In this document: positions 8,877-19,085 of the stretch, piece after piece
How positions within the stretch are numbered: position 1 is the stretch's first letter
Layout of the letters: every line of letters starts with the position of its first letter
Source: an uncultured candidate division Zixibacteria bacterium
Lineage (GTDB): Bacteria > Zixibacteria > MSB-5A5 > GN15 > FEB-12
Assembly (NCBI GenBank): GCA_963806185.1
Contig: CAWDXE010000007.1
Location: 320,001-384,000, forward strand
Length of the DNA: 64,000 nt
Direction: 5' to 3'
Position numbers and translations under genes: made by a program
The notes under the pieces: model-generated
What the model was told of the DNA's origin: nothing
What the model saw: the letters and a program-made list of their open reading frames with translations, nothing else
Databases searched by the model: none

Positions 8877-11711
8877 ATGAAAGCGGTAGGAATCACTCTG
8901 GCGCTGGTGCTGCTGGCCGGTACGGCATGGGCGCAGCAGGATCCGAAGGACGCAGGCATAGCGGATACACTGCGGTTTAGCGGGGGCGAGTTGATTGTCG
9001 GCAGATCCCTGCCGGTCGATATCGTGATTGTCACCGATACGCCCATAATTTCAATCGGCCTGGCTGCGGAGTTTGAGACTCTCGATAGCGGCTTTGCCCG
9101 GTTGGATTCCGTAGTTTTCGTGAACCACCTCTTCGATCCCACCATTTTGGACCAGCGGTACGTGCGGCGCGAGGGGATAGACGGTGTCTCTCCGGATTCA
9201 GTCCCGATCGGGCTCGTAAAATTACTTGGTGATGCGAGCTTGCCTCAGGTTCATGAAGCCGTTATGCGCATGTACCTCACCGGAATCACGCCGGGCAGGA
9301 TGGTCATTGATACCGCCCAGGGTATGTTGGGTTACTCCTTCAAATTCCATAGCGCCGTACCAAATGTGGGATGGGCGCCGATTCTCGTCCCGGACACCTT
9401 GAACGTTACCGTTGAACAACCGAGGCCGGAGCTAACCTTGCCCGCTGACCAGGTGATTGCACCGGCAGGGGTGGAATATGTTCTCGACGTGCCCGTATCG
9501 TCAGCCATCGATTCCAACGTTGAAGTCCTCGACTGGTTGATGTTCGAAGTTGACGACGATGCCCGCCAGGTTGCATCTGAGCCCGAATTTACTCCTGGGA
9601 ACCCCGGCCGGTTCTCCTGGACGCCGAACGTTAGCGACATCGGGATTTGGCGTATCATATTCCGAGCCTGCGATGTCAGCTCCAATTGTGTCAGTGGGGG
9701 AATCACGATGTCGGTAGTGGCGAGCGGTCTGTCGTTACCTGCCTTCGCTCGCTCCGAGACCATCTGGCCGACCATGCACCTATCGCTGATACGTGGGGAT
9801 TTTACCAATGACGGATCGGATGAGATTGTCACGACAAACGGCCCGAGCACCGGTGACGTAATGTCGCTCATCGGGATCGATAACGGCCAGTTCAGTCGTA
9901 TCTCCGGATATGATGACGGCTACTACAAGCGGGGACTTGTGGTCGGTTATTTTGACGATGACGCGGATCTCGACGTACGGATGTTTTCGACGATCCTGCG
10001 ACATATCCGATTGTTGAAAGGAGATGGGAGAGGAAATCTCATTCCAGGTGAGACTTCGTCCATTGGGGACGTGCAGTACGCATGCTCGGCAGAACTTACA
10101 TCTGACCAATACCTGGACTACGTTGCTGTCGGAAGGCTAGGGTTCACCATAATGGTTGGGCAAGTGGGACATCTGCTCGCACCGGGGCAGACGTACGCCA
10201 CTCCGGATTCCGCCCGATCCGTAAATGCCGCCGATGTCAACGCAGACGGTTTCGCTGATTTACTGATTGGACACAAGAGCGGTCTGACCGTCTATCTCGG
10301 TGACGGAGCCGGACATTTCACTGAAGGTGCCACATATTCGCAATCTTTCGCTGCGGCGGATATCGACGTAACCAACCAGGGTTCGGATTTTAATAGCGAC
10401 GATGTCTTTGACCTTTGCGTGGCAGCACCGTCGGTAGGCGAAGAATTTTCGGATATCATGTTGTATCTCGGGAATGGAGACGGCACCTTTAATCAACACC
10501 TCGTGAAGCGCGTACGCGGACAGACGCTGGCGACAGTCATCGGCGACTACAATAATGACCAACGATTGGATATAGCCTACATTAACGGGTCGCAGAAATT
10601 CATAGGGATTCTTTTCGGCGACGGACAAGGCGGCTTTATCGGCGAGCAACGTCTGCCGGCATTGCCCTACACCAGCCGAAGGCTGGAAGCAACGGACTAC
10701 GGGCGCGACGGTGATCTGGACTTTGTCGTCAGCGCTGTCACGTCCGGTCTCAATGGCATATTGTATCTGTTTGAAAACGAAGGCGATCCGACAAACACAT
10801 CACCGCAACGACTCGAGTGCCGAGCACTTGACAATTCGTCAGTCGAAATCATTGCGCCGAGCGGTCAGGTGATTACTGAGTTGCGCAGGACAATTGCGTC
10901 TGGCACGGTCGCTCAACGAAATATCGACGACGATGCCCTCATTGATCAAGTATTCACTGCCAGTGCAATAGAGCCTGGTCCGTATACGATATCGGTGGAT
11001 CCGAAAAAAGGAAGTCAAGCGAATCAACCCTTCTCAATCGACTTCTCAGTCGACGGCAAACAGTATCGCCTTGCCCACGACCAGCCTAATCGGCTGGGCG
11101 GGTATCAATTTACTGTCTATCCTGACGGTTCGTCACCTGTGACACCCGCATCCGGCGCTCTGTGTTCGCTGCCCAACCCCCAGTTGACCTGGACGTCATC
11201 CGGTGACGAGATCCTCGAAATTGCGAGTGACTTGGCATTCACCGACATCATCGAGACGGCCAACATCACCGAGGGAAGATACACACCAGTGCATGCTGTC
11301 GCGGGAGCGGACACGAGTACCTACTATTGGCGGGTGAAAAACGTCCAAAGCACTTGGGTCTCGGATATCCGGGTATTCTCCGTGCTGCCGACACCCACAG
11401 CCGTCGACCCGGAAGCCAACGACGGTTTGCCGATCGCATACAACCTATTTCAGAACTACCCCAACCCGTTCAACCCGACTACGACAATAGCTTTCGCCCT
11501 TCCGCAGGCTGAGCGCGTTGTTATCACCATCTATGACATCACAGGTCGGCAAGTCAGGCGCCTCATTGACCAGCTGTTCTCTGCAGGCGAGCACTCAGTC
11601 ACCTGGGACGGCGCAGATAACCGTCATCGCTCCGTAAGCTCCGGGGTCTATCTGTACCGAATTGAAGCCGGCAGCTATCTCGCTCAGAAGAAGATGACAT
11701 TGGTGAGATAG
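8877..11711 (+). CDS. Secreted modular protein: cohesin-like N-domain, Ig-like domain, FG-GAP/VCBS repeats, C-terminal FlgD-Ig / T9SS-type sorting domain
   Basis: Signal peptide after RBS aggag; repeats GDFTNDGSDEI, ADVNADGFADL, GDYNNDQRLDI; tail QNYPNPFNP...SSGVYLYRI...KKMTLVR. Confidence 0.85.
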   Translation: MKAVGITLALVLLAGTAWAQQDPKDAGIADTLRFSGGELIVGRSLPVDIVIVTDTPIISIGLAAEFETLDSGFARLDSVVFVNHLFDPTILDQRYVRREGIDGVSPDSVPIGLVKLLGDASLPQVHEAVMRMYLTGITPGRMVIDTAQGMLGYSFKFHSAVPNVGWAPILVPDTLNVTVEQPRPELTLPADQVIAPAGVEYVLDVPVSSAIDSNVEVLDWLMFEVDDDARQVASEPEFTPGNPGRFSWTPNVSDIGIWRIIFRACDVSSNCVSGGITMSVVASGLSLPAFARSETIWPTMHLSLIRGDFTNDGSDEIVTTNGPSTGDVMSLIGIDNGQFSRISGYDDGYYKRGLVVGYFDDDADLDVRMFSTILRHIRLLKGDGRGNLIPGETSSIGDVQYACSAELTSDQYLDYVAVGRLGFTIMVGQVGHLLAPGQTYATPDSARSVNAADVNADGFADLLIGHKSGLTVYLGDGAGHFTEGATYSQSFAAADIDVTNQGSDFNSDDVFDLCVAAPSVGEEFSDIMLYLGNGDGTFNQHLVKRVRGQTLATVIGDYNNDQRLDIAYINGSQKFIGILFGDGQGGFIGEQRLPALPYTSRRLEATDYGRDGDLDFVVSAVTSGLNGILYLFENEGDPTNTSPQRLECRALDNSSVEIIAPSGQVITELRRTIASGTVAQRNIDDDALIDQVFTASAIEPGPYTISVDPKKGSQANQPFSIDFSVDGKQYRLAHDQPNRLGGYQFTVYPDGSSPVTPASGALCSLPNPQLTWTSSGDEILEIASDLAFTDIIETANITEGRYTPVHAVAGADTSTYYWRVKNVQSTWVSDIRVFSVLPTPTAVDPEANDGLPIAYNLFQNYPNPFNPTTTIAFALPQAERVVITIYDITGRQVRRLIDQLFSAGEHSVTWDGADNRHRSVSSGVYLYRIEAGSYLAQKKMTLVR

Positions 11712-11735
11712 CGTTGCTCGTGCACTAGTACAGAT

Positions 11736-11765
11736 GGGGGCGGGGTGTTAGGCACGCCCCCTTTT
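11736..11765 (+). terminator. Intrinsic terminator
   Basis: ggggcg...cgcccc hairpin followed by tttt. Confidence 0.6.
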
Positions 11766-12005
11766 CGTTTAGCAGTCCGTAGGGCATCCGAGAAGCATCC
11801 GTGCCAATTGCGCACAGCGTCGTGACTGTGATGATCCCCAGAATCTTGTTGACTTATCCACATTTTGCCCTACCTTTTACCGCAATATGGTGTTATTGGC
11901 ACGCCCCACTATTTCTGACGAGCCGGGCACCCCAGACGTACTCACCGCGACGGCCAATTGGCCGATATCGTACATGGTGTGTGGAGTGGAGAAGGTTTGG
12001 TGAGC

Positions 12006-12524
12006 ATGGGCACCTCGCTGATCAATAGAAACGTCTTGATGCTCAATCAGAACTACGAGCCGCTGACGGTCTGCTCGGCCCGACGGGCCATTGTTCTCCT
12101 TTTTCAGGGTAAAGCTGAGATGATTGAGACGGCCGACGGACTGAAAGTAAACTCCGTCAGTCAGAGCTACAGCCTGCCCTCGGTCGTTCGCCTCTGGCAC
12201 TATAAGCGCGTCCCGTACAAGCGGATACTGCTCACGCGAAAAAACGTGATTCTCCGCGACGGTCACCGCTGCCAGTACTGTGGTTCAGCCAAGGGCCCGA
12301 TGACGGTTGACCACATCATCCCCCGGACAAAGAAGGGGGCCGATAGCTGGGATAATATGGTTTGTGCCTGCGTCAACTGTAACAACAGGAAGGGCGACCG
12401 CACACCCGAGCAGGCCGGCATCACATTGTTGAAGAAGCCGACTCGGCCCAGCCACATCACGTTTATTCAGCGGTATATCGGCGTATCTGACGTCCGCTGG
12501 CGACAGTACCTCTTCATGGATTGA
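12006..12524 (+). CDS. HNH endonuclease (McrA-like, standalone)
   Basis: VLMLNQNYEPL, RDGHRCQYCG, TVDHIIP and CACVNCNNRKGDRTP motifs. Confidence 0.92.
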   Translation: MGTSLINRNVLMLNQNYEPLTVCSARRAIVLLFQGKAEMIETADGLKVNSVSQSYSLPSVVRLWHYKRVPYKRILLTRKNVILRDGHRCQYCGSAKGPMTVDHIIPRTKKGADSWDNMVCACVNCNNRKGDRTPEQAGITLLKKPTRPSHITFIQRYIGVSDVRWRQYLFMD

Positions 12525-12556
12525 CTCCCGGACAACTCAATCACGGGCCTACTGCA

Positions 12557-12589
12557 GGTCTTCGGATGAGCCAACCGAAGGCCGTTTTT
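12557..12589 (+). terminator. Probable intrinsic terminator after the HNH gene
   Basis: ggtcttcgg...ccgaaggcc followed by gttttt. Confidence 0.5.
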
Positions 12590-12694
12590 GTCTCGGTGAT
12601 TTCCCATCTGAGAAACCTCGCGCCGGGGGCATTTTTTGTTGCTTTATAGAGGGGGCAGGGGTAAATTCCCGCCCATTCGGAGCTTACGTAAGAC

Positions 12695-13720
12695 ATGAGT
12701 GATACCGCACCACAGACCGTTCCAACCGACGCGCCCGCCAGGAAGAAGGAGACCATCCTGTCCGGCATGCAGCCGACCGGAGCACTCCATATCGGCAATC
12801 TCGAGGGCGCGTTGCGGAATTGGGTCAAACTCCAGGACGAGTACTGGATGTACTGCTGTATCGTCGACTGGCACGCGCTCACGGCCGATTTCGATGATAC
12901 CGCCGGTCTCAAGGATATGGTCTTCCAGATGGCCGTCGATTGGTTATCGGCCGGTCTCGATCCCGAGAAATGCGCGATCTTTGTTCAGTCGGAAGTGAAA
13001 GAACACGCCGAGCTGCATTTGATCTTCTCGATGTTGATCACGGTTCCCACGCTGACTCGCCTGCCTACCTACCAGGAAAAGAAGGATAAGCTCGACTCGT
13101 ATGGATTCCTGGGATATCCGGTTCTGCAGGCGGCGGACATTTGCCTATACAACGCCAACAAAGTGCCGGTGGGCAAGGACCAGGAAAAGCACGTCTGGCT
13201 CGCCGCTGACCTGGCCGGGCGGTTCAATTCGATATACAAGAAAGTGTTCGTTATCCCTGAGGCGTTATTCACACCCATACCCGTTGTGCCCGGTTCGGAC
13301 AATCGCAAGATGTCCAAATCGTACGGCAACCATATACCGATTGATGCCACGGAAAAACAAACGGATAAAGTGATTTCCGGCTACTTCACCGATCCTCAAA
13401 AAGTGCGCCTGGGGGATGCCGGCCGGCCGGAAATATGTCCCGTGTTCATGCTCCACAAGGTATACACGCCGGACTTCGAGCAGATTATAGCAGCTCCGTG
13501 CCGCACCGGTGAACTGGGGTGCGTCGACTGCAAAAAACGTCTGGCAGGAAATCTGAATGAAGCGTTGCGACCCATTCGCGATCGTCGCGCCGAACTGGTG
13601 AAACATCCGGACATTATCTGGGATGTGCTCAAAACCGGGGGGGACCGGGCACGCCAGCGCGCTCAGAACGTTATGGAGAAGGTCCGCAGCGCCATGAAAA
13701 TGAACTATCGCAAGGTCTGA
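12695..13720 (+). CDS. trpS: Tryptophan--tRNA ligase
   Basis: SGMQPTGALHIGN, GYPVLQAADI, VPVGKDQ and KMSKS motifs. Confidence 0.97.
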   Translation: MSDTAPQTVPTDAPARKKETILSGMQPTGALHIGNLEGALRNWVKLQDEYWMYCCIVDWHALTADFDDTAGLKDMVFQMAVDWLSAGLDPEKCAIFVQSEVKEHAELHLIFSMLITVPTLTRLPTYQEKKDKLDSYGFLGYPVLQAADICLYNANKVPVGKDQEKHVWLAADLAGRFNSIYKKVFVIPEALFTPIPVVPGSDNRKMSKSYGNHIPIDATEKQTDKVISGYFTDPQKVRLGDAGRPEICPVFMLHKVYTPDFEQIIAAPCRTGELGCVDCKKRLAGNLNEALRPIRDRRAELVKHPDIIWDVLKTGGDRARQRAQNVMEKVRSAMKMNYRKV

Positions 13721-13723
13721 AGA

Positions 13724-14533
13724 ATGGAAACCGTAGACTCGTCAGTTGAAACATATTCCGGATCGTATTCGGTGGATCTCGACGTATTCAGCGGTCCGCT
13801 CGACCTGCTGCTCTACCTGATCAAGAAGGAAGAGGTCGACATCTACGACATTCCCATTGCCCGCATCACCAGTCAGTACTTGCGGTACATCGAGATGATG
13901 GCCACGCTCAATCTGGAAGTAGCGGGCGAGTTCATACTGATGGCGGCGACGCTTATTCGCATCAAGACCCGCCTGCTGCTGCCTCGGGATGAGTCGGAGG
14001 AAGACGAACCAGATCCGCGCGAAGAGTTGATAATGGCGCTCATCGAATACAAAAAGTACAAGGAAGCCGGCGACATCCTTCGTGAGCGCGCTCTGCTCGA
14101 AGAACAGAATTACGTGCCGCCGTCACCGGTGGGGACGATCGAAGGACGCGTGGATCTCAGCCCGGCGACTACCTTGTACGATCTGGTGGTCGCCTTCCGC
14201 ACGGTTTTGGCGGCCAGGCGCGACACCACTTTCCATCAGGTCAACCCGGAAGAAGTGTCGATCGAGGATCGCATGAAGGTGATCCTGGCTTCACTGGGCG
14301 AACGGGAGTGCGCCAGCTTTCACGAATTGTTTGCCGACGTGCCCAGACGGGTGATTGCCGTAGTCACCTTCATCGCCATACTCGAATTGGCCCGCACGCG
14401 GCGGATTACCATTTTCCAGTCAGTTCCCTTTGCCGAGTTACGTGTCTACCGCGGTGAATCGTATTACGATCGCGCTCGCGCGATCGATTTGATCCAAACG
14501 ACGACGACTGAACAAACAGGTGACAACATATGA
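13724..14533 (+). CDS. scpA: Segregation/condensation protein A
   Basis: FSGPLDLLLYLI, EFILMAATLIRIK and TFIAILEL motifs; trpS-scpA-scpB-rluB synteny. Confidence 0.96.
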   Translation: METVDSSVETYSGSYSVDLDVFSGPLDLLLYLIKKEEVDIYDIPIARITSQYLRYIEMMATLNLEVAGEFILMAATLIRIKTRLLLPRDESEEDEPDPREELIMALIEYKKYKEAGDILRERALLEEQNYVPPSPVGTIEGRVDLSPATTLYDLVVAFRTVLAARRDTTFHQVNPEEVSIEDRMKVILASLGERECASFHELFADVPRRVIAVVTFIAILELARTRRITIFQSVPFAELRVYRGESYYDRARAIDLIQTTTTEQTGDNI

Positions 14534-15348
14534 TGCAACTGGAAGATCTCAGACCGGTGGTCGAGGGACTCATCATCGCCTCACCCGAGCCGCTCCCGGG
14601 AAGTCGCATAACCCAGGTGCTCGCCGAAGTGACCCAGGCACAGGTTGCTCGGGTGGTCGCTGATCTCAACACCAAGTACGCTGAAACCGGCAGTTCCTTC
14701 CGCATTCGCGAACTTGCCGGCGGATACCAGTACTACATTCTGCCCAACTTCGTCGGCTACGTCGAAGACCTGTTCACTCGTCGCCGCAAGATGCGCCTTA
14801 CTCAGGCGGCGCTTGAGACCCTGGCGGTCATCGCCTACAAGCAGCCGGCCACCAAAACGGACATTGAACATATCCGCGGCGTTGCCTCCGACGGTGTCAT
14901 TCACACCCTGATGGAAAAGAACATGATCACCGTGAAGGGGCGAGCCAAGAGTGTCGGCAAGCCGCTGCAGTACGGTACGACTGACGAGTTCCTCAAATTC
15001 TTCGGGCTGAACAATCTCGACGATCTCCCGCGCATGTCGGAAATTGAAGAGATGATCGTCGCCGCCACTCCCCGACAGCAAACACAGCTTCCCCTCGGAA
15101 TGCTTGCCGCCGCCGCTCCCGCCGAACTCAAGTTGAACATTGCGGACGGTACCTTCACACCGCGCGAAGACGCTCCGGGTGAATTGGAACTTGAGGATGA
15201 ACCGACGGCGGTGCTTTCGGGCACGTCCAACCGGCTGGTGCTCCGCGCCGGCCCCGAGGAGATTCCGGAAGAGAGTTTCGACGATGAACTGAACGAGGAA
15301 TCGGCGGGCGAATCTACGGCCCTGAATCGAATAGAGCAGGGAAGCTAG
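14530..15348 (+). CDS. scpB: SMC-Scp complex subunit ScpB with acidic C-terminal extension
   Basis: LTQAALETLAVIAYKQP, IRGV and YGTTDEFLKFFGL motifs. Confidence 0.96.
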   Translation: MMQLEDLRPVVEGLIIASPEPLPGSRITQVLAEVTQAQVARVVADLNTKYAETGSSFRIRELAGGYQYYILPNFVGYVEDLFTRRRKMRLTQAALETLAVIAYKQPATKTDIEHIRGVASDGVIHTLMEKNMITVKGRAKSVGKPLQYGTTDEFLKFFGLNNLDDLPRMSEIEEMIVAATPRQQTQLPLGMLAAAAPAELKLNIADGTFTPREDAPGELELEDEPTAVLSGTSNRLVLRAGPEEIPEESFDDELNEESAGESTALNRIEQGS

Positions 15349-15393
15349 CTTGACGCTAAGAGTAATCGCCGAGGCAGATCAGGGTGAGTACCA

Positions 15394-16131
15394 ATGATCC
15401 GCATCAATAAATACCTGTCTATATGCGGTGTGACCTCACGTCGTGGCGCCGAGACGCTCATCGAGGAAGGGCGCATTGCCGTCAATGGCGCCAAGATCAC
15501 CACCCTCGGCGTGATCATTGACGAATCCTCGGACAAGGTGACGGTCGACGGCGTCGAGGCTGTCCCGGTTACGACTCTCGAGTACATCATCATGAACAAG
15601 CCGCGCAACGTCATGACCACGCTGCGGGATCCGTTTGGTCGGCGCACGATCGTGCACTACCTGAAAAAACTTCCCCAACGTGTGTATCCGGTCGGCCGAC
15701 TTGATTTTGACACCGAGGGAGTGCTCCTGCTCACCAACGACGGCGATCTGGCCTATCGACTCGCCCATCCCAAGTATCAGGTGCAGAAAGTGTACGAAGC
15801 CAAGGTTGAGGGGCAGTTTAATCCAGCGAACGCCGAACGTATCGAGAAGGGCGTCCGGCTCAAAGACGGTGCCATAGGACGCGGATCGGCCATTGTGCTC
15901 GGTTTTGCGTCGCGTTTCACTCGCATCCGTCTCACGCTGACGGAAGGCCGCAAGCATGAGGTCAAGCAGCTCTGCTCCGGCGTGGGACACCCCGTAGTCG
16001 AGCTTCGCCGGGTCGAATTCGCCGGCATTACCGCTCGCAATCTCACGGCCGGTAACTGGCGCCGTCTGACGCGCGCTGAGGTAGGCAAACTTCGAGCTCT
16101 GGTCGGACTTGGGGCTGATATCTCCGGCTAA
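15394..16131 (+). CDS. rluB: Pseudouridine synthase, RsuA/RluB family, with S4 domain
   Basis: RINKYLS...SRR S4 domain; catalytic VGRLDFDTEG; EGRKHEVK. Confidence 0.88.
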   Translation: MIRINKYLSICGVTSRRGAETLIEEGRIAVNGAKITTLGVIIDESSDKVTVDGVEAVPVTTLEYIIMNKPRNVMTTLRDPFGRRTIVHYLKKLPQRVYPVGRLDFDTEGVLLLTNDGDLAYRLAHPKYQVQKVYEAKVEGQFNPANAERIEKGVRLKDGAIGRGSAIVLGFASRFTRIRLTLTEGRKHEVKQLCSGVGHPVVELRRVEFAGITARNLTAGNWRRLTRAEVGKLRALVGLGADISG

Positions 16132-16132
16132 C

Positions 16133-16165
16133 AAAAAAGCCGCCCGGCTGGTCACCCGACGGCTC
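16133..16165 (-). terminator. Intrinsic terminator for etfA
   Basis: Minus strand reads agccgtcggg...ccgggcggct followed by T6. Confidence 0.65.
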
Positions 16166-16194
16166 ACTGGAAATTCTCATCTGGAACTAAGCCG

Positions 16195-17157
16195 TTATCC
16201 CAACTCCTGCCGGAATTTTTTGGTCATGGCAGGAAGTACTTCAAAGAGATCGGCCACAATTCCGTACGTCGCAATATTGAAGATCGGTGCATCCTTGTCT
16301 CTGTTAACAGCGACGATCGTCTTCGATGTCTGCATCCCGACCAGGTGCTGAATTGCTCCGGAGATCCCCACGGCTACATACAGTTTGGGATTGACTGTCC
16401 GGCCGGTCTGGCCCACCTGATAGGTATACGGTACCCAGCCGGCGTCCACAACGGCGCGCGAGGCGCCAAACGCCGCCTTCATTGCGTCGGCCAATTCCTT
16501 CACGACCGGTACATGCTCGGGTCCCTTAATGCCCCGGCCTACGGCGACAATCACGTCGGCCTCGGCCAGATTCTGAGTTCCGCCGGAATCAGATTTGGAA
16601 TCGGTAACCTTGGTCCTGCCGCTCAGCAGCGACGGGTCGACCGTGACTGTCTCGACTTGCCCTGAGCCGTCTGTCGATTCCGCGTAGATCTTTGGACGAA
16701 CTGTCACAAAGTATGGCGCGCTGCTCGGATTGGCACTGACGCGCGCAATCACCGATCCCCCATAGCTGGGTCGCGTCACCCCAATGCCCGAACCGTCGGC
16801 GACCAGAGCAGTGACATCGGACGTCATCGTGCCGCCGTTGAGTGCAGCCAGACGACTTGCCAGCGCCTTGCCGTAGAACGTCGCTGGCGCCAGCACCAGC
16901 CCCGGTTTGTGGTCGACAATCAACTTCGTGATTATTTTCGCGTACACTTCATCGTTGAAGTGCGCCAGCGATGCATCTGATACGGCCAGAACCTTGCCGC
17001 CGCCACGTTTTGCCAGTACCGCGGCAATACCCGAAACATCGGCTCCCAGAACGACCGTGACGATGTCGGTACCAACCGACTTCGCGGCGCTTATCACCTC
17101 GAGAGAAGCGGAAAGCAGCTTCCCCTCTTTCTGCAACGCTATGACAAAAATCTTCAT
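16195..17157 (-). CDS. etfA: Electron transfer flavoprotein alpha subunit
   Basis: GASRAVVDAGW, QVGQTG and YVAVGISGAIQHLVGM motifs. Confidence 0.95.
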   Translation of the reverse strand: MKIFVIALQKEGKLLSASLEVISAAKSVGTDIVTVVLGADVSGIAAVLAKRGGGKVLAVSDASLAHFNDEVYAKIITKLIVDHKPGLVLAPATFYGKALASRLAALNGGTMTSDVTALVADGSGIGVTRPSYGGSVIARVSANPSSAPYFVTVRPKIYAESTDGSGQVETVTVDPSLLSGRTKVTDSKSDSGGTQNLAEADVIVAVGRGIKGPEHVPVVKELADAMKAAFGASRAVVDAGWVPYTYQVGQTGRTVNPKLYVAVGISGAIQHLVGMQTSKTIVAVNRDKDAPIFNIATYGIVADLFEVLPAMTKKFRQELG

Positions 17158-17236
17158 GGACAAATCCTCGTAGTGATCCCGATCAACATGCGCGGAATAT
17201 ATGCCGGATCAGTAGCCGGGGCAACCGCTTTTGGCG

Positions 17237-18262
17237 TCACTCCGACACCCGAAGGACACCCGAAAGTAGAATGGGAGCGGGTTCTACTTTCAGCGTTCCA
17301 AGCAGGTAATCAGCAAAAACGCTATCGATATCCTTTACCGTATGCACCGCAAACAGAAGCGGTCGCAGCTCCGACGCTCCAGGGAATCCCTTGACGTACC
17401 AGCCGAGATACCGCCGAGTCATCACGGCCCCCCGCTCCTCACCGAATTGCTCAGCCATCAATTGAGCATGCAATCGCGCCATTTCTATTTTTTCGACAAT
17501 CGACGGTTCACCTACGATTTCGCCATTTTCCAGGTAACGATTCATCTGGGTGAAGATGAATGGGTTTCCCAGCGCCGCGCGCCCGATCATGACCCCGTCG
17601 CAGCCGGTATCGGCCAGCATGCGTTCGGCATCCTGCGGCGTCAGCACGTCGCCATTGCCGATCACCGTCAGGCCGGGGGCCGAAGCCTTGAGCTCCTTGA
17701 TGGTCTCCCAATTGGCTTCGCCGCTGAAGCCCTTGGCGCGCGATCGTGCATGAAGCGTCAGCGCCTGGGCGCCGACTTTCTGGGCAATCTGGCCTACCTC
17801 CCGATAAACCGGGCAAGTGTCATCCCAACCGATTCTCATTTTGATTGAGACCGGAATGTCTCCGGCTCCCTGAACAACCGAGGCCACGATGTCCTCGGTC
17901 AGTTTCAAATCCTTGAGCACAGCCGAGCCACCATTCTTGTTGACCACCTTTTTGACCGGGCAGCCGAAATTGAGGTCAATCACGTCAGGTCTAAAGCGTT
18001 CGGCCGTGATCCGAGCCGCCCGGCCCATTACTTCTGGGTTCGAGCCAAATAATTGAATGCCAAGAGGTTGCTCGTCGGGCTTAAAGTTCATCATTTCAAA
18101 GGTCTTATCTTGTTCGCGAATGATGGCTTCCGACGACACCATTTCCGTGTAGGTCATGGCGGCTCCGCCCTTGGCGGCCAAAACGCGGAAAGGCCGGTTG
18201 GAGACCCCCGCCAGCGGAGCCAGCAGGACTTTTCCACGTAACTTCAAGTTTCCTATTCTCAT
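17237..18262 (-). CDS. dusB: tRNA-dihydrouridine synthase B
   Basis: LAPLAGVS, IDLNFGCPVKKV, GNGDV and GVMIGRAALGNP motifs. Confidence 0.94.
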   Translation of the reverse strand: MRIGNLKLRGKVLLAPLAGVSNRPFRVLAAKGGAAMTYTEMVSSEAIIREQDKTFEMMNFKPDEQPLGIQLFGSNPEVMGRAARITAERFRPDVIDLNFGCPVKKVVNKNGGSAVLKDLKLTEDIVASVVQGAGDIPVSIKMRIGWDDTCPVYREVGQIAQKVGAQALTLHARSRAKGFSGEANWETIKELKASAPGLTVIGNGDVLTPQDAERMLADTGCDGVMIGRAALGNPFIFTQMNRYLENGEIVGEPSIVEKIEMARLHAQLMAEQFGEERGAVMTRRYLGWYVKGFPGASELRPLLFAVHTVKDIDSVFADYLLGTLKVEPAPILLSGVLRVSE

Positions 18263-18389
18263 GCCGACAATATACCAAAACCGCCTCGATTAGCCAAATG
18301 AGGCCGTTCGCTATTTTGCCGGCCAATCGACGGTGGCGTGGTCCGTTTGCTATGAAGTTCTGTGATGCAAATACGTGAAAGGAATCGCC

Positions 18390-19085
18390 ATGCCCGAGAT
18401 CATCGTCAAATTCGAAGACAAGGTCATCGAAAGAATCGTGACCGAGAAGAAGCGAATCTCCATCGGCCGGACCAACGAGAATGACGTCGTGCTTGAAAAC
18501 CGCGGAGTCTCGCGCAAGCACGCCATGATCGAATTCAATAACAGTGCCGCCGTCATCATCGACAACGAATCCCTCAACGGTACCTTTGTCAATAACCGGA
18601 AGGTGACCGAAGAAATCCTTCGCAACGAGGACGTGATCACCATCGGCAAGTACTCACTGATCTACCATACGGAAGCGACGCAGCGGGTCGACGATCTGGC
18701 CAACATGGACGGGACGATGGTGCTCAACACCAAACGCCAGAAGGAACTGGTGGAGAATGACAAGATGGAGCGTCAATTGGTCGCCAAGTACGGCGGCTCG
18801 GTGCTCATCGGCGAAGAAAACACCGACTTTGCAGAGTACAAGCTCGACCGCGAAGTGACGACGATCGGCAAGGCCAAATTCGTGCACGTCAGAGCCAAAG
18901 GCTTCTTCCTCTCGGGCATTCAGGCGAAAATTGTCAATGACGCTGCCGGCTACTCGGTCGTGAATCTCGGTCGTTCGGGCAAGACCAAGGTAAACGGCGA
19001 AGCGGTCAGCCGGGCCGTCCTGAAAAACGGTGACATCCTCTGTGTCGGCAACAGCACGTTCAAATTCGTAGAGGGCAAAGCATAA
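18390..19085 (+). CDS. Tandem FHA-domain protein
   Basis: FHA1 has canonical IGR, VSRKHA, SLNGTFVN; FHA2 is degenerate (TIGK, no SRxH, TKVNG, LKNGD). Confidence 0.9.
   Translation: MPEIIVKFEDKVIERIVTEKKRISIGRTNENDVVLENRGVSRKHAMIEFNNSAAVIIDNESLNGTFVNNRKVTEEILRNEDVITIGKYSLIYHTEATQRVDDLANMDGTMVLNTKRQKELVENDKMERQLVAKYGGSVLIGEENTDFAEYKLDREVTTIGKAKFVHVRAKGFFLSGIQAKIVNDAAGYSVVNLGRSGKTKVNGEAVSRAVLKNGDILCVGNSTFKFVEGKA

Noticed and set aside
12006..12524. HNH gene as a defence system, IscB or Cas component
   Set aside because: A common standalone family; no RuvC domain, methylase, array or flanking element ends.
12525..12694. T-box or attenuator upstream of trpS
   Set aside because: No T-box consensus or Trp-rich leader; the hairpin is explained as the HNH gene terminator.
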